Of a DNA stretch of 64,000 bases, positions 14,001-26,000 are shown piece after piece. The first letter of the stretch is position 1, and every line of letters starts with the position of its first letter. The translations under genes were made by a program, and so were the position numbers. The stretch is from Vicugna vicugna (lineage: Eukaryota). The notes under the pieces are model-generated. The model was not told the origin of the DNA, made no database searches, and was given only the letters and a program-made list of their open reading frames with translations. Location of the stretch: the NCBI GenBank assembly GCA_013265495.1, contig MU060887.1, positions 3,906,001-3,970,000 on the forward strand. Reading direction: 5' to 3'.

Positions 14001-17000
14001 CTTACCCTGCGGGCTCACCATCCTGAGGACGGGCCTGCCGCATCTGGCCCGAGGCCTCTTGTCCTCCAGCCTGAGAGCTAAGGTGGTGTTTACATTTTTA
14101 AAGGACTGGAAAAACAAAAATAAAGAATCTACAACACGTGGCCCAAATGTGGCCTGTGGAGCTGGAAATACTTTTCAGCCTTTTCCGGGGACCATGTGCC
14201 GCCCCCGGCTGCTCGTCCGCACTTCCCTCTCTGACAGCGGTCACTGCTCCCCCGTGCTGCCTGCAGCAGGCGGAGCACTTTCACAGGCGTCATCTCAGTT
14301 AACCCCAAACAGCTGCTCGAGGCAGGTGGTCCTCATTTGGCTAAACCTGAGCCTTGAGGGGCTTTTCTGAAAATAAGAAAATTGGCTTCCCTGCTTGCTC
14401 TGAAACCGGTACTCCCGGTGGAATGATGTCCACCCTTCAAAGTCTGCTTTTGGCTGCTCAGTTCTGAGGAATTGTAAGTCCCAGAGGGATTGTGTATTAT
14501 CCTGGGGTGGGGTGGGAGGGTGCTCATTTTAAGTCTTCTCAATTGCTGGTTGCTCACATTCTAAAACCAAAGGTTAAGGAGGAAATTCTTTAGCCAGCTT
14601 TCTTAGCTTGTGACTGCTCAGCGGGTCTGTAGTCTGAGTTGTACCTGTGGTTCTGTTCTGAACGCTTTGGTCCAAGGCCTAAAGCTCTTGGTTGCTCTGG
14701 AAACAATAGGCCACCTTGAAATAGGGTTCCACACTGCAGGGTGTGCCGTGGCAGGGAGTGAAACCACCACAGCTAGTGTCTCGCTGCCCCCCAGAGTGGA
14801 GAGAGGGTCGCTTTCCAGCTCTGGGCAAAAGGAACTCTGGCCACATCCAATCTAGTTTCCCTGTTTGAATTCGGGGGTGGCACGCCACTTAGCTGTACCT
14901 GGTGGAGAAACGAGGAAACTGATCCGGTGCTGTGAGTGTCTTCCCAGCCATTAAGAGGATGCCTTGGCACAAGGCCTGGTAAGGCAGACGCTGAAGGTTC
15001 CCGGGGGGAGTCTTTTGAGTGTTAGGTTGAAAGTCCGTCTGTGACTCGAGTAGCTGAGCTCATGCCGTGCGCCCTCAGCACCCCGTTTCTGGACCCATCC
15101 GTGGCGGGACTCAGGAGCTGCTGGGCCCTAGGCGGCCGGCCCTCTGACTGCCCTGACGTGTGTTCTCATTTCAGAGGTCAGCCGGAGGCTCCAGCCCCGA
15201 AGGTGGAGAAGGTGAGGAAATCTCTCACATGTTTTACCATCTTTGGTTGTAAAAGTGGAAGCAGCCTCATTTTTCTCCCCCTCCTCATATTTTGTAGATT
15301 CTGACCGAGAAGATGGAAATTACTGCCCTCCTGTCAAGCGAGAAAGGACGTCCTCTTTAACCCAGTTCCCACCTTCACAGTCAGGTAACAGTTGCAGACC
15401 CTCACTGGACAGTAACAGCGTCCGTGTTTGTGGGCCTGCTGTTCCCCTCCAGTGTCTCAGACCCGTCGTCCATCTCCTGTGCTCATCCAGTTAGAATCAG
15501 CCTGAGACTCTGTCTCTGTTGGGAGCGAGGTTAGAGCCGCCTGAGCCTAGCCCAGGTCTCCCCAGCCTGCACGCGGGACCGTGACACTGTGCAGGGGTGG
15601 GGCCTAGTGGACTAACCTCCCTCTGAAAAGGACCATCAGGGCTCTGACCATTCGGTGCGTGTCTGCCTTGCAAGGCTGCTGGCTGGCTGTGTCTGGAGAC
15701 TGAGGTGTGGGCAGTAGGTTGTTCTCCTGACCCTTCAGCCACGAGCCTAGACCTCAGCGGTCCAGTTGAGAAGCCCAGGCTGGGACCCTGTCCCTATGGA
15801 GGTGGCCGGGCCCCAGGGCATGGAAGCACCAGATGGAGACAAGTTCTGCTCACACACAGCCCCGCAGACCAGCCTGGGGGCTTGTACAAAGGCTGGTGCG
15901 GAAAGAGGCAGGTTCCCAGGGTAGAGGGAGATGCTGGGGCTGCTTACTGGGAGGCTCTGCAAGCCTGGGCACGCTTCTGCACGTTCAAGGGTGAAAGCTG
16001 TGGTAGGGCCTGCCCCCTCTGCTCCCTACCCCGGCTCGGTCCCCTCTGCCAAAGTCCCATGAGCTCCACAGTACTGACTTAGATGCTCTCCAGTTACCCA
16101 GCTTAAAGTTCATTCTTGGGAATTCATGTAAAACATTTACAGCTGTAAGCCTTAAGGATATCCCTTTAAGGGAGAAAGACACTCCTGGAAGCTTTGTTTC
16201 TGCTTACAAGAGTGATACGCACGTCACAGGGATGTACAGTGTAGAAAGTGTCTTTTTCAGATCGTCCCTGTGACGCGTTTGATTTCATACCTGTTTCCCT
16301 GACTACTTATTTGGGGCATTGCCACATCCTCTTTCACAACCCCCTGAAGAGAGGCACTGTCATTTGCTGGGCAGGCTGTGGCCTGAGGGGCCCTGCAGAC
16401 GACTTGCAGTCCAGGCCGCAGCTGACATCCTTTTCTTAAGTGTCTCTGCACACTTGTTGCATGGGCCTTACTATGGAAGGCCTTACACTTTCCGGCCACT
16501 GACTGTATTCCCTCCATTCACTGTCCCCTGCGGAACCACATTTCCTGCACCAAGAAGGTGTGGCAGAGAGGAGAGGAGGTGATTTGTGCTGTGGCCATAG
16601 GCTGAAGGGGCAAAGGACTGCCAGGCATTCTTCCGGTCCTCTCATGTGTCACCGTGTAGGGGACACTGGGCTCTCAGGCATCAGGGAGCGGAGAGATGAG
16701 CAGGGCCGCACTTGACAGCATGGTCTTTGCACTGCCCTCTGATTCCTCTTTGCTGCCTCTGTCCACACAGTTAGTTCTTCAGTCCTGCTGTTACTGCCTG
16801 GGCCGCACCCTAGGAAGCACTTGAGGTTGTAAAGTAAGGCCCTAAACAGTTGAGGGGAGGGGGTTTGCAGCCAACCTGTGAGCCCCAACTGGTGACAAGG
16901 GCTGAGGCTCAGCCCCACGGGAGACTCAGAATATCCGACGCGTCTCCTTCCCTCCTGGCTGTGCCCACTGCGGCATGAGGACGAGGCAGGCAGCCACAGT

Positions 17001-20000
17001 AGACCAGAGTTGACTGCTCGACATCAGACTGACTGAGGTGGTTCCACTGAAGACCCACTTTTTTTTGCTGTAGAAAGAATCCCAGGGTATCACTTTTACT
17101 GGAAGTAGCTAAAGGCCAGGTTCGCAGTGCTGACCCCCGCCCCAACAGTGGGGCCTGGAGATGACCCCTCAGGTGGGAGCAGTGACCCCGTGCATGTCTG
17201 CCCGCCTACTCATGCTGTTTTTCCTCTTGTTCCCTCCCCTGCCTGCACCTCCTTGTCAACAGTATCAAAAAACAATGTTTTTATGCCATCAACCTTCTGC
17301 GAACCATCTGCAGGCAATTCTGACTCAGAACCAGGTGAGCCCTCCCATCCCTTTGCCTGTCACAGCCAGTCGCTGGGGGTTTCCTGGGATGGACAGCAGT
17401 TGATACTGCAAAATAAGATCTTGAATAGGAATGGGCAGTCTGAAATCAGCATTCTTTTTCAGTTCCTAAATGTTTCCTAACTCGTCAGCTCGTAGATTTG
17501 GAATCCAGTATGAAGCAGGCTTCATAAGCCCTTACTCCTGTTTCTGCAAGCCGGGCCTGGGTATGAGGGGTTTCGAGTCCTTTAAAAAAAAAGCTGTAAT
17601 GTTGTAATACTCATCTTTCAAAATTTTACACAAACAATGCATCAGTATCATTAAAAAATCGGAAATACTTCGAGTATGAGTGTCTGCCTGCCTCTTTCCC
17701 GCTCCGCATCCCCGCGGTAACCGCTCTGATGCTTGTGTAATTCTCCAGACCCATTCTCTGGGTATTAAATTTTCACATTCATTCATATCACTTAGATCCG
17801 TTTGGATAAATATATTTAATCACAGCTTTAAAGCTTTAAGGAAAACAGCGTGATCCTTTCCAAAGAATGTGGAGCCTTCCTTTTTCGGTCTTTCACTAGA
17901 GAACCAGCTCCAGGATTTCTTGAAAGTTTCTCCCACGTGGCTGAAATTCCTCATAAAAGATTTAATGAGCAAGTGTAACCACCCGAATTCTGTAACTCAA
18001 CCTGCCTTATATAAATTCACTGCCGACTTCAAAAGAGGGCGAGATAAGTCATACTGGGCTTGAGGGCGCCATCAAGGGAAGAGGCGAGTTGTTAGAACTT
18101 TGACAGTTGGTTTGACTCTGTCTCTCTCTCTCTATCTGCATGTGTAGGGAACCCCAGGTTCACATAGATGCTTCCAGTCCTGTGCCAACAGGGTTCATTT
18201 TGGCTCCCCCCTTTATATTTCTAACTCTCTTTTCTGACAGTAAGAAACCTGGCTCCCTTTGTCCTCAATGCATTTACTCTTTGCTCCAGTCCCCACCAGA
18301 CAGCCTTCTCTTGGATTCTTTTTAACCTCTGGGACACATCAGGTTAAATTCTGATCTGTCCTCCTGGTTTAATCCAGGATTCCCTCAAGGGTGAGCATTG
18401 CCTGCCTCAGACGTCATTTGGGGGTCTCTGAGGTCAGGCAAAATGCGCCCTCAGAAAGAAGCCTGCTTGCTTCAGGCATGATTTGGAGGAGGGCAGGGGT
18501 TGCCCCAGAGGGAGTGTCTTCCTCCTCCAGCAAGTTCATGGGGCGGGCATGCATGTGCCCTTGAGAAGACCCCAGTACAGTGGCCTCTGCACCGCTGTGA
18601 CCATGGCGTGCATGGTGGTGCTCTGGCCACCAGACAGTGCCTCTTCGTTGCACCCTGACTGTGTTGCAGGGAAAGTGAGCTTCCAGAGGCTGTGAGAAGA
18701 GACTGCATTTGTTTTAGTGGAGATGGGGCCTGCGACGGGGGCCTCCAGCTGCCCCAAAAGCACACCTCCCTGCTGCTCTGGGCCCCTTCTGTCCCAGGGC
18801 CCCGGTTGCCATCAGAAGTGTGGCACGCCTTGTCTGTCTGTGTGTCGATTTACTGCAGCATTCAGCATGGATTTCCTGTGCATCTGCGGGGTGGGGTGGG
18901 CCAGGCACCATGCCCGGGACTGATGGTCAGTGGCAGGGACTGTCTGGGCCTGTCGCCCCTGCTGGTCAGCCTGGGTCAATCCCAAGGGTCAAATGGATCA
19001 GAGCAGAGTGGTGGAGATCAGTCTGTAGCCTCAGTGTGAACACTGCAAAGCCGGCTTTAAGGACTTTTTTTTAAAACTTACCTAAATTATGGATTTCATC
19101 TCTTTTTTTATGTTTCTAAATTGCCGATCATCATCTGAGTAATCCTGAGCTTTGGAAATATAATTCAGCATTTCCTTTCCCCAAAGGAACATCTGGCAGC
19201 CCGTCTTCCCACGTAGGCTGGGCTGTCTGACTCTCCTCAGTGTGGTTTTTATGACCCCTCTCTTACAGGAGAGACACCAACCCCACCAGCGCAGGCCCCT
19301 GGAAGCCCTTCAGGCTCAGCTCCTCTGTACTAACAAGCTAGCAGTTAGAGTTGTTATGACCCTGTTTTTGCCCAAGGAGAGCAGTTTGGCTCACGTACAT
19401 GCAGACAGCAGGAAGGGGGCCTCTTGTTTGATTGGGAACCCAGATTTGATTTTGTTTCATACCTGAAAGTTTGGGCTAACAAGGTGTGTCTGTGGTATGC
19501 TTCTGTGTACAGTTGAAGGGTTTCTAGTATATCCGCAGGTGTGCAACCATCACCGGAATTAACCTTAGAACATTGTCGTCACTCCAAATAGAGACCCTGT
19601 GCCCTGAGCAGTCCCTCCCCGTTTCGTCTTTCCCCACCCCTGGCAGCCATGAATGCAGTTCTGTCTCTGTGGATTTGCCTGTTCTGGACGTTTCATGTCA
19701 GTGGAACCATGTACCATGTGACCTTTTGGGGTATCTTCCCATTTATTTAAATCTGTACTTCTACCAGTGTTCTGTAGTTTTTATTTGTTAAATTTATTCC
19801 TAAGTATTTTTTTTCTTTTATAAATGGAATTGTTTTCCTGTTTTGGGGTGGGGATTAGGTTTGTTTATTTACTTACTTTTAGAGGAGGTGCTAGGGATTG
19901 AACCCAGGACCTTATTAGCATGCTTGCTAAGCATGCGCTCTACCACCTGAGCTACATCCTCCCTGCCAGAATTGTTTTCTTAGCTTCACTTTTGGATTGT

Positions 20001-23000
20001 TCATTGCTAGTATGTAGAAAGACACAACTGGTTTCTCTGTATTGATCTTGTTCCCTGAGCCCTGACGAGGGTTTTTTCCCATGAGTTAGACCTTAACACA
20101 AAATCGCGGCTGCTCTGGTGGAGCAAAATGCTGCTGTCCCTGTGCTTTTCCTGAGGCAGACTGTGCTGTTAGAGCCACAAAGCTTTTTATGCTGATCCTT
20201 CTGGTCCTGGATTGCGTTAGACTGACCCCCAGCCCCGCCCGCTGCCCAATTCTGAGGAGGGCAGAGTCACCAAGATGTAGAGAGTGAGGGGTCTGCACAC
20301 CGTGGCTGAGCTGCAGCCAGACTGAGCCACCCCAGGAGCCCCTGTATTTGTCAGCCCTGCATGGGTGTCAGCCCAGACACAGGCCTGTGGGCGACCCCGC
20401 CTCCTGCTCCCGGGCCTCCCTGTGCTCTCATGAGCGCGCGGTGAAGCGCTCGCTCCGGCACATCTGGAGAGAGCGAGCTGACCGGCTGCCACATCTGCTC
20501 TTTCGCCGCAGAAAGCGTGTCTCATTTCCCCAACATCTGCTGGTAGCACAGAGGCTTTTCCTAATGACAGACATGTCCTCTGGCAAGACATGTCCTCCTG
20601 CAAAGGGATTCAGGCCCCAGGGACCTTTACTCTGTGGCTCCCTGGCGTCCCTCAGGGCCCTCGAGTGCAGTACAGCTTCCTAGCCCCTCAGCCCCTGGCA
20701 GGCAGCTGGGGAGGTGGCCCGTGGGTTGACCGGCCCTGCCTGCGGCCCTCCTCCTCTCCCCACCCCCTGCCCCAGGCTGCCTTACAGACTAGGGAATCAG
20801 AGGGGGCTTCGACATTGCTGTTTTGACTTGGAGATATTTCTCCTGGTTCTCCCTTGAGGCCCAGACCACAATCCTCTCCTGCCCCTGACCTCTCCCAGTT
20901 CTGCTTCCCCGGCCTAGGCAGGCATGCTTTTATCTTCTGTGTTGTGCTTGTAGAGGAAAAGAGCAGTGGATTCCGGTTGAAGCCGCCCACACTCATCCAT
21001 GGCCAGGCACCCAGTGCAGGTAGGTGTCCGCCTTTGAAGAGGAGCGTGGAGTGGCCTTCTCGCCCCCTTCCAGGGCCTGGCAGCCTCAACTTGCCTGTGC
21101 TCTGGGCTCTGCCTCTCTCTGGGTCGTCTCACATACCTGATGACATGTGAGCACCAGACAGCCTCGTCAAACAGCCTGTCAGACCCAGAAGGTTCTCCTA
21201 CCTGGGAGCCCGCCCCCTGCGGAGACAGTGGCAGGGGGCAGGCTCAGCTTGGTGTGGGACATTTGGGCTCTGTGCCTGGCCAGAGCTCAGTTGGTTCAGA
21301 CTGCCTCTGCAAAGCGTTCTGGCCACAGCACGCCACACCGTTCACCCCAGCCAGCAGCGTGTGCACAGTTTAGTGGCTGCTGGTGAGCAGGGCCCAGCGA
21401 TGGTGCTGTCCGAGCGCAGCAGGTCCAGCGGGGAAGCCCGTGCAGGGCCGGGAGCCTTCTTGTGGCCTTGTCCTGTATGTTTGGCAGAGGGATTTTCTCA
21501 GAGTGGCATTTGGAGAAGCAGGTGCAAAGGGTACCTTGCGACCTGCGACCGCGAGCAGAGTCCTAAACTCTGGGTCAGCTGTGGCATCACTGTTTCCCCC
21601 GCTGTCTGCACGTGACCCTGAGCCCCACACTTGAGAACGACTATCCCTTGGCTCCCTCTGTAGGGTTACTGTTCCTACTGGGTGCGTTTGCAGGCAGGAT
21701 CAGCGTCATGGGGATTCATTTAATCACAGGTAAAAATAGCAACAGCCAGAGTTGGTCTGAAAGGGAAATATCTTGGGTTTTGTTTTAGTTTTTAATGTGC
21801 TTCCCTGGAAAGTCCAGCCCAGGAGGGACAGCAGATGGGTTCCTGAGGCTGATTTTTCTGTAAAGCACCTGAGAGCCAGCGAGGGTACGGGTGGCCTTTC
21901 TGCCATGTGGTCTGAGGGCCCGGGCATGCCGATCTCTGTTCCCAGGTCTGCCGAGCCAGAAGCCGAAGGAGCAGCAGCGGAGCGTGCTCCGCCCGGCGGT
22001 GCTCCAGGCCCCTCAGCCAAGGGCGCTCTCTCAGCCGGGTGAGTAAGCCGGGCCTGGCGCCTGGGCTCGCACGGCCCGGGAGCGTCTCCCTGGGACGGCT
22101 GGGTCTCCACATGGTGGCTTTGGCCCTCTCTGCCGAACGCTCTAGGGGAGGAGAGCGCTGGGGAAACGATCCTCAAATCCCTGATGAGCCAGGGGAACAG
22201 GCGTTTCCCGTCTCCCTGCAGCGCTGAGGCCGCGGCTGCTGGGAGGACGTGCTTCGTGCGCCCGCTGGCATCATGAAGGCTGGCCCCCCCGGAGCAGGGC
22301 GGGTTTGTCCCTACGTGTTCGCAGGCAAAACTGAGCTCTGTGTGTCTAAGAGCCTGGAAGAGTGATTTGATCAGATGCACTTTGCCGTCTTACTTGACAG
22401 CGTTAGACACACCTCCTGCACCGCCCGTCTCTTACATTTGCACAGGGAGTGGGTTCAGTTCTTCCGTGATTTCCTCGCTGTTGACAAACTGTTCTTTCTC
22501 TTAATCTTCCCCTGCTATTCAAAACCTTGATCGGAAACGGTGCGGCATCCCACCTGGGAGAAACTGAACATTTGTGGAGCATTTAATTACCTGGGAGATT
22601 TTTTGGTCCAATGCTTGAACAGTCAAAGCCAGATTTAAAGTTGTGCGTGTTGTATAATCTCAACTGTTTAAAAAAAGGGAAAGTGCATAGAATAAAGACT
22701 CTGTCAGTAAATCCGGTTTTATAAAACCCGTAATTGTTCCCCAAATATATTTTCTTCTTCTTTTTTTTTTCCTTTAATGCTATTGTTTGTGAATACACTG
22801 AAAATTCACATGGTTCTTTGTGGAATAAGCATTAAGGTATTCTCACTTTTCTGAGGTTTCAGTTTTAGTTTGGGGTTTTTTTTTTTAACCTAAGAATTTG
22901 TGACTTTCAGTAGTGATACCAGATCCTTTCCTTAAAAAAGGAGACTTTGCACTACGGGCCCAGGGTTCGGAGGGAGCACTGAGGGGTTACTGCACTAGCC

Positions 23001-26000
23001 CCTGAGACCCGGCTGTCCTTCTGCCCTCAGTCCCGAGCAGCGGCACCAATGGGGTCAGCATCCCAGCAGACTGCCCGGGAGCCGCAGCATCCGCCTCGCC
23101 AGACAACCCTGCCCGGAGAAGTCCCTCTGACGAGGCACCAGCACTTGAGGTCCGTCGGCGACGGGGCGGGGAGGGTTTCACCGAGTGCATGGACTGCTGG
23201 CTGCCCTGAGCAGTGCCCGAGCCGGCCTGTGCTGAGGCATCTGAATTTGCTCAGAGGTGTCCCTGTGTCCCTGCAGCTGACTGGCCAAGTAGCCAGACTG
23301 CCAGGAACTCTATGGCTCTGAGAGAAAGGGGCCATGAGAAGGGCTCTGCATGGAGGGCCGGATTGCCCAGGGCTCGAGTCGCTCCCACGCACGCAGGGCT
23401 TTGACAGGGCCTCGGCCTGCTCTCCCTGGATGGGCGTCTCCCCTCCCTCTTCTGCAGCTGAGCAGCTCAGGGATTCGCATACGTGTGCTACTTCTAGTAG
23501 AAGGACTGTGCCTGGGAGTCAGCTCAGAAATTGCTTGTTTTAAAAAAAAAAAAAAAAGTCCTTTGGGGCCCTGGGATTATATAGGCCAGAAGCATATGTT
23601 TTCTTGTAGCGTTGCGTAGCAGCTGGAAAATAAGGGGCATTTAACGAAGAGCCTACGTTTGCAGTCAACAGAGACAGACTTGAAACCCAAGTAGCAGTCT
23701 CGCAGCAGGGCCTCCGTACGCAGAGCCAGGTTGCACCTGTGTGTTTATTCCCGCCCCGCCCCTCTCAGCAGATAAGCTGCTGCCTGAGGTCCCGTGCCCC
23801 CCACACCCCCACTTAGATATTCATGCCCAGATGGTGAAATCGATGGTCTACAGTCCAGTTTTCAAATGTCCCTGAGCCCCCCACCCTCAAATCACAGTTA
23901 CTGGAATTGGAAAGAGAGTCATTTCCTCAACATCCTGCTTCTCGGAAAGCGGTGGCTGGGGTCTCCAGGGCAGGAAGTCAGCCGTGCAGGTCTGAGCTGG
24001 AGGGAGACCACCTGCCCTGACCTCCACCGGTGTCCCCGGTGACAAGCGTCCCGGCCACCGAGTGCTCTCCCCTCCCTGGAGAGGGCTGGCCCAGCCGGTC
24101 CCAGGGGTCCTGCTGGTCCCTCTGCCCAGGGCGCGTGCGGTGGAGACGCGCTGGGCAGATGCAGTCGTGTGAGGTGGCTCATCTTGCTCATCAGGCTGCT
24201 CTGTCCCGTCTTCTCAGCTGTCGTGTTTGCTTGTTCTCACCAGGAGAAGGAGCCCCAGAAGAACGCATCTAACAGTACTTCTGAGGAGGAGGACTGTGGG
24301 AAGAGAGAGCAGGCCGCACAGCAGGCGTTTGTGTTTGGGCAGAACCTGCGGGACAGAGTTAAGGTACATGACCAGGGACTGGTCAAGCTGTTGACCTAGT
24401 GAATTGATCTTTTCTCGCCTCCCCAGGATTTTGGGGGGGGGGCACCATTTCTGGGGTGGTCCGATGACTCAGCAGCCAGCAGCTGCTTGCTTTGCATCCC
24501 TTCCATGCCCTGGCCGGCTCCTGGCACACAGCCCAGCCGCCTGCCCCGCCCCGCCCCATGCCTGGGGCTCGGCAGTGGCTCCTGGCGGCAGGCTCCCTCG
24601 TTCTCCCAGGAGCCAGGCCGAGGGTGGGGCAACTTGGCCCTGAGGACTGATGTTTTTGTAGCAAAGGATCCCATGCTTTCGACATCACTGGAGAGATTTT
24701 TATTTCCTTACTGTAGGGTTTCTGTGTCTCAGCACTAGCAAGGTGTAGGCTGGGTCCTTAGTTGCTGGAGGCCTGTCCTGAGCACTGTAGGGTGTTGAGC
24801 AGCAGCCACCACCCCCCACCTCCCCCCGATGCCAGGAGCACAGCTCTCCCTGTCCCCAGTTGTGACAACTGTAAACGTCCCCGAATGGTGCCAAATGTTC
24901 CCCGTGGGACTAAATCACCCCCAGCTGAGAGCCGTCACCTTCTCTTTTTCAAGTAGGGCAGGTGGAAAGATACTGTTTTCTCTCCCAGAGGAGGCATCAG
25001 GATCTGTCACGTCCTGGCTGCCCCCAGGTGTGTTGGTCTAGTCTGGATTTGAGTCGGGGGCGGGGAGCATCTGGCAGTGGCAGGGACCTGGGTTCTGGAC
25101 CCCACGCCCTGACCCTCTGGGAAGACCTTTCCCAGCCATGGGGCCGGAAGGTCTTTCTATGCTATTTCCAGTAGCTCATCTGGCAAGAAGCTCCTCTGGA
25201 AACTTGAGGGGCAGTGTCAGTGGTGGTGTCTGGGGACATTCGTGGTTGTCACAACAAGGAGGGGTAGGTGCCACTGATACGGAGGAGGCCAGGGATGCTG
25301 AGCAACACCCCACGGTGCCCAGGATGGCCCCCCAGGTAATGATCCAGGCCTGGGGACAGTGACACAGAGGGTGAGAACGCCTGAAACAAGGAAACAAAAG
25401 CCTTCCCTGTGCAGAGAAAGCATCCAGCCATGCCGCATGCTTCATCCTTTGGTGCTCACTGTCCGACAGAAGCACAGATTCCCTGAGAGGCACAAAACAG
25501 GCGTTGATACTGCACAGCTTTAGCAAAATGATGAGTCCTTTGGGGGCTGCTGCCTCCCGGGAGGAGGAAGCAGGAGGTGGGGGCCTGGCCTGGGCCATCA
25601 GGCTGAGTCTTCCTCGCTGCCTTGAGATTGGGGCGGGGGCCATGTCTCATGGGGGTCTGGAGACGATCGCATCCCAGCTTCTCCATGGAGGGCAGCTTGC
25701 GGCCGTGGTTTCTTAACCCCTCTGAGCCTCTCCTGCCTGTTTAAGAATAAGGATCTGATCCCCCCTCAGTGTTCACCGGAGAATCACATCAGCTAGCACA
25801 TGACAGAGCTGGCTCAGCAGCATGAAGGACGCCCTCAGGAAACGCTGCTCCTAGTGCGTTTGTAATAAATCCCTTAGAATATGAGATTCGTGAGCCACCT
25901 GTGATCTCTCGGCACAGGAGCATTGATGAAAATGCCAACCAGATGCCAGCCTGAGGGTGTTTTTTTTTTAGATAAGATGGAAAACGCTCCCTAGTGCCTT

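Noticed and set aside
2294-16256. Identical 15-mer GTAGAAAGTGTCTTT at 2294 and 16242
   Set aside because: About two exact 15-mer repeats are expected by chance in 64 kb, and the match does not extend.
19900-19963. tRNA gene
   Set aside because: The A/B boxes belong to a tRNA-derived SINE with an A-rich tail and target-site duplication; it does not form a complete cloverleaf.
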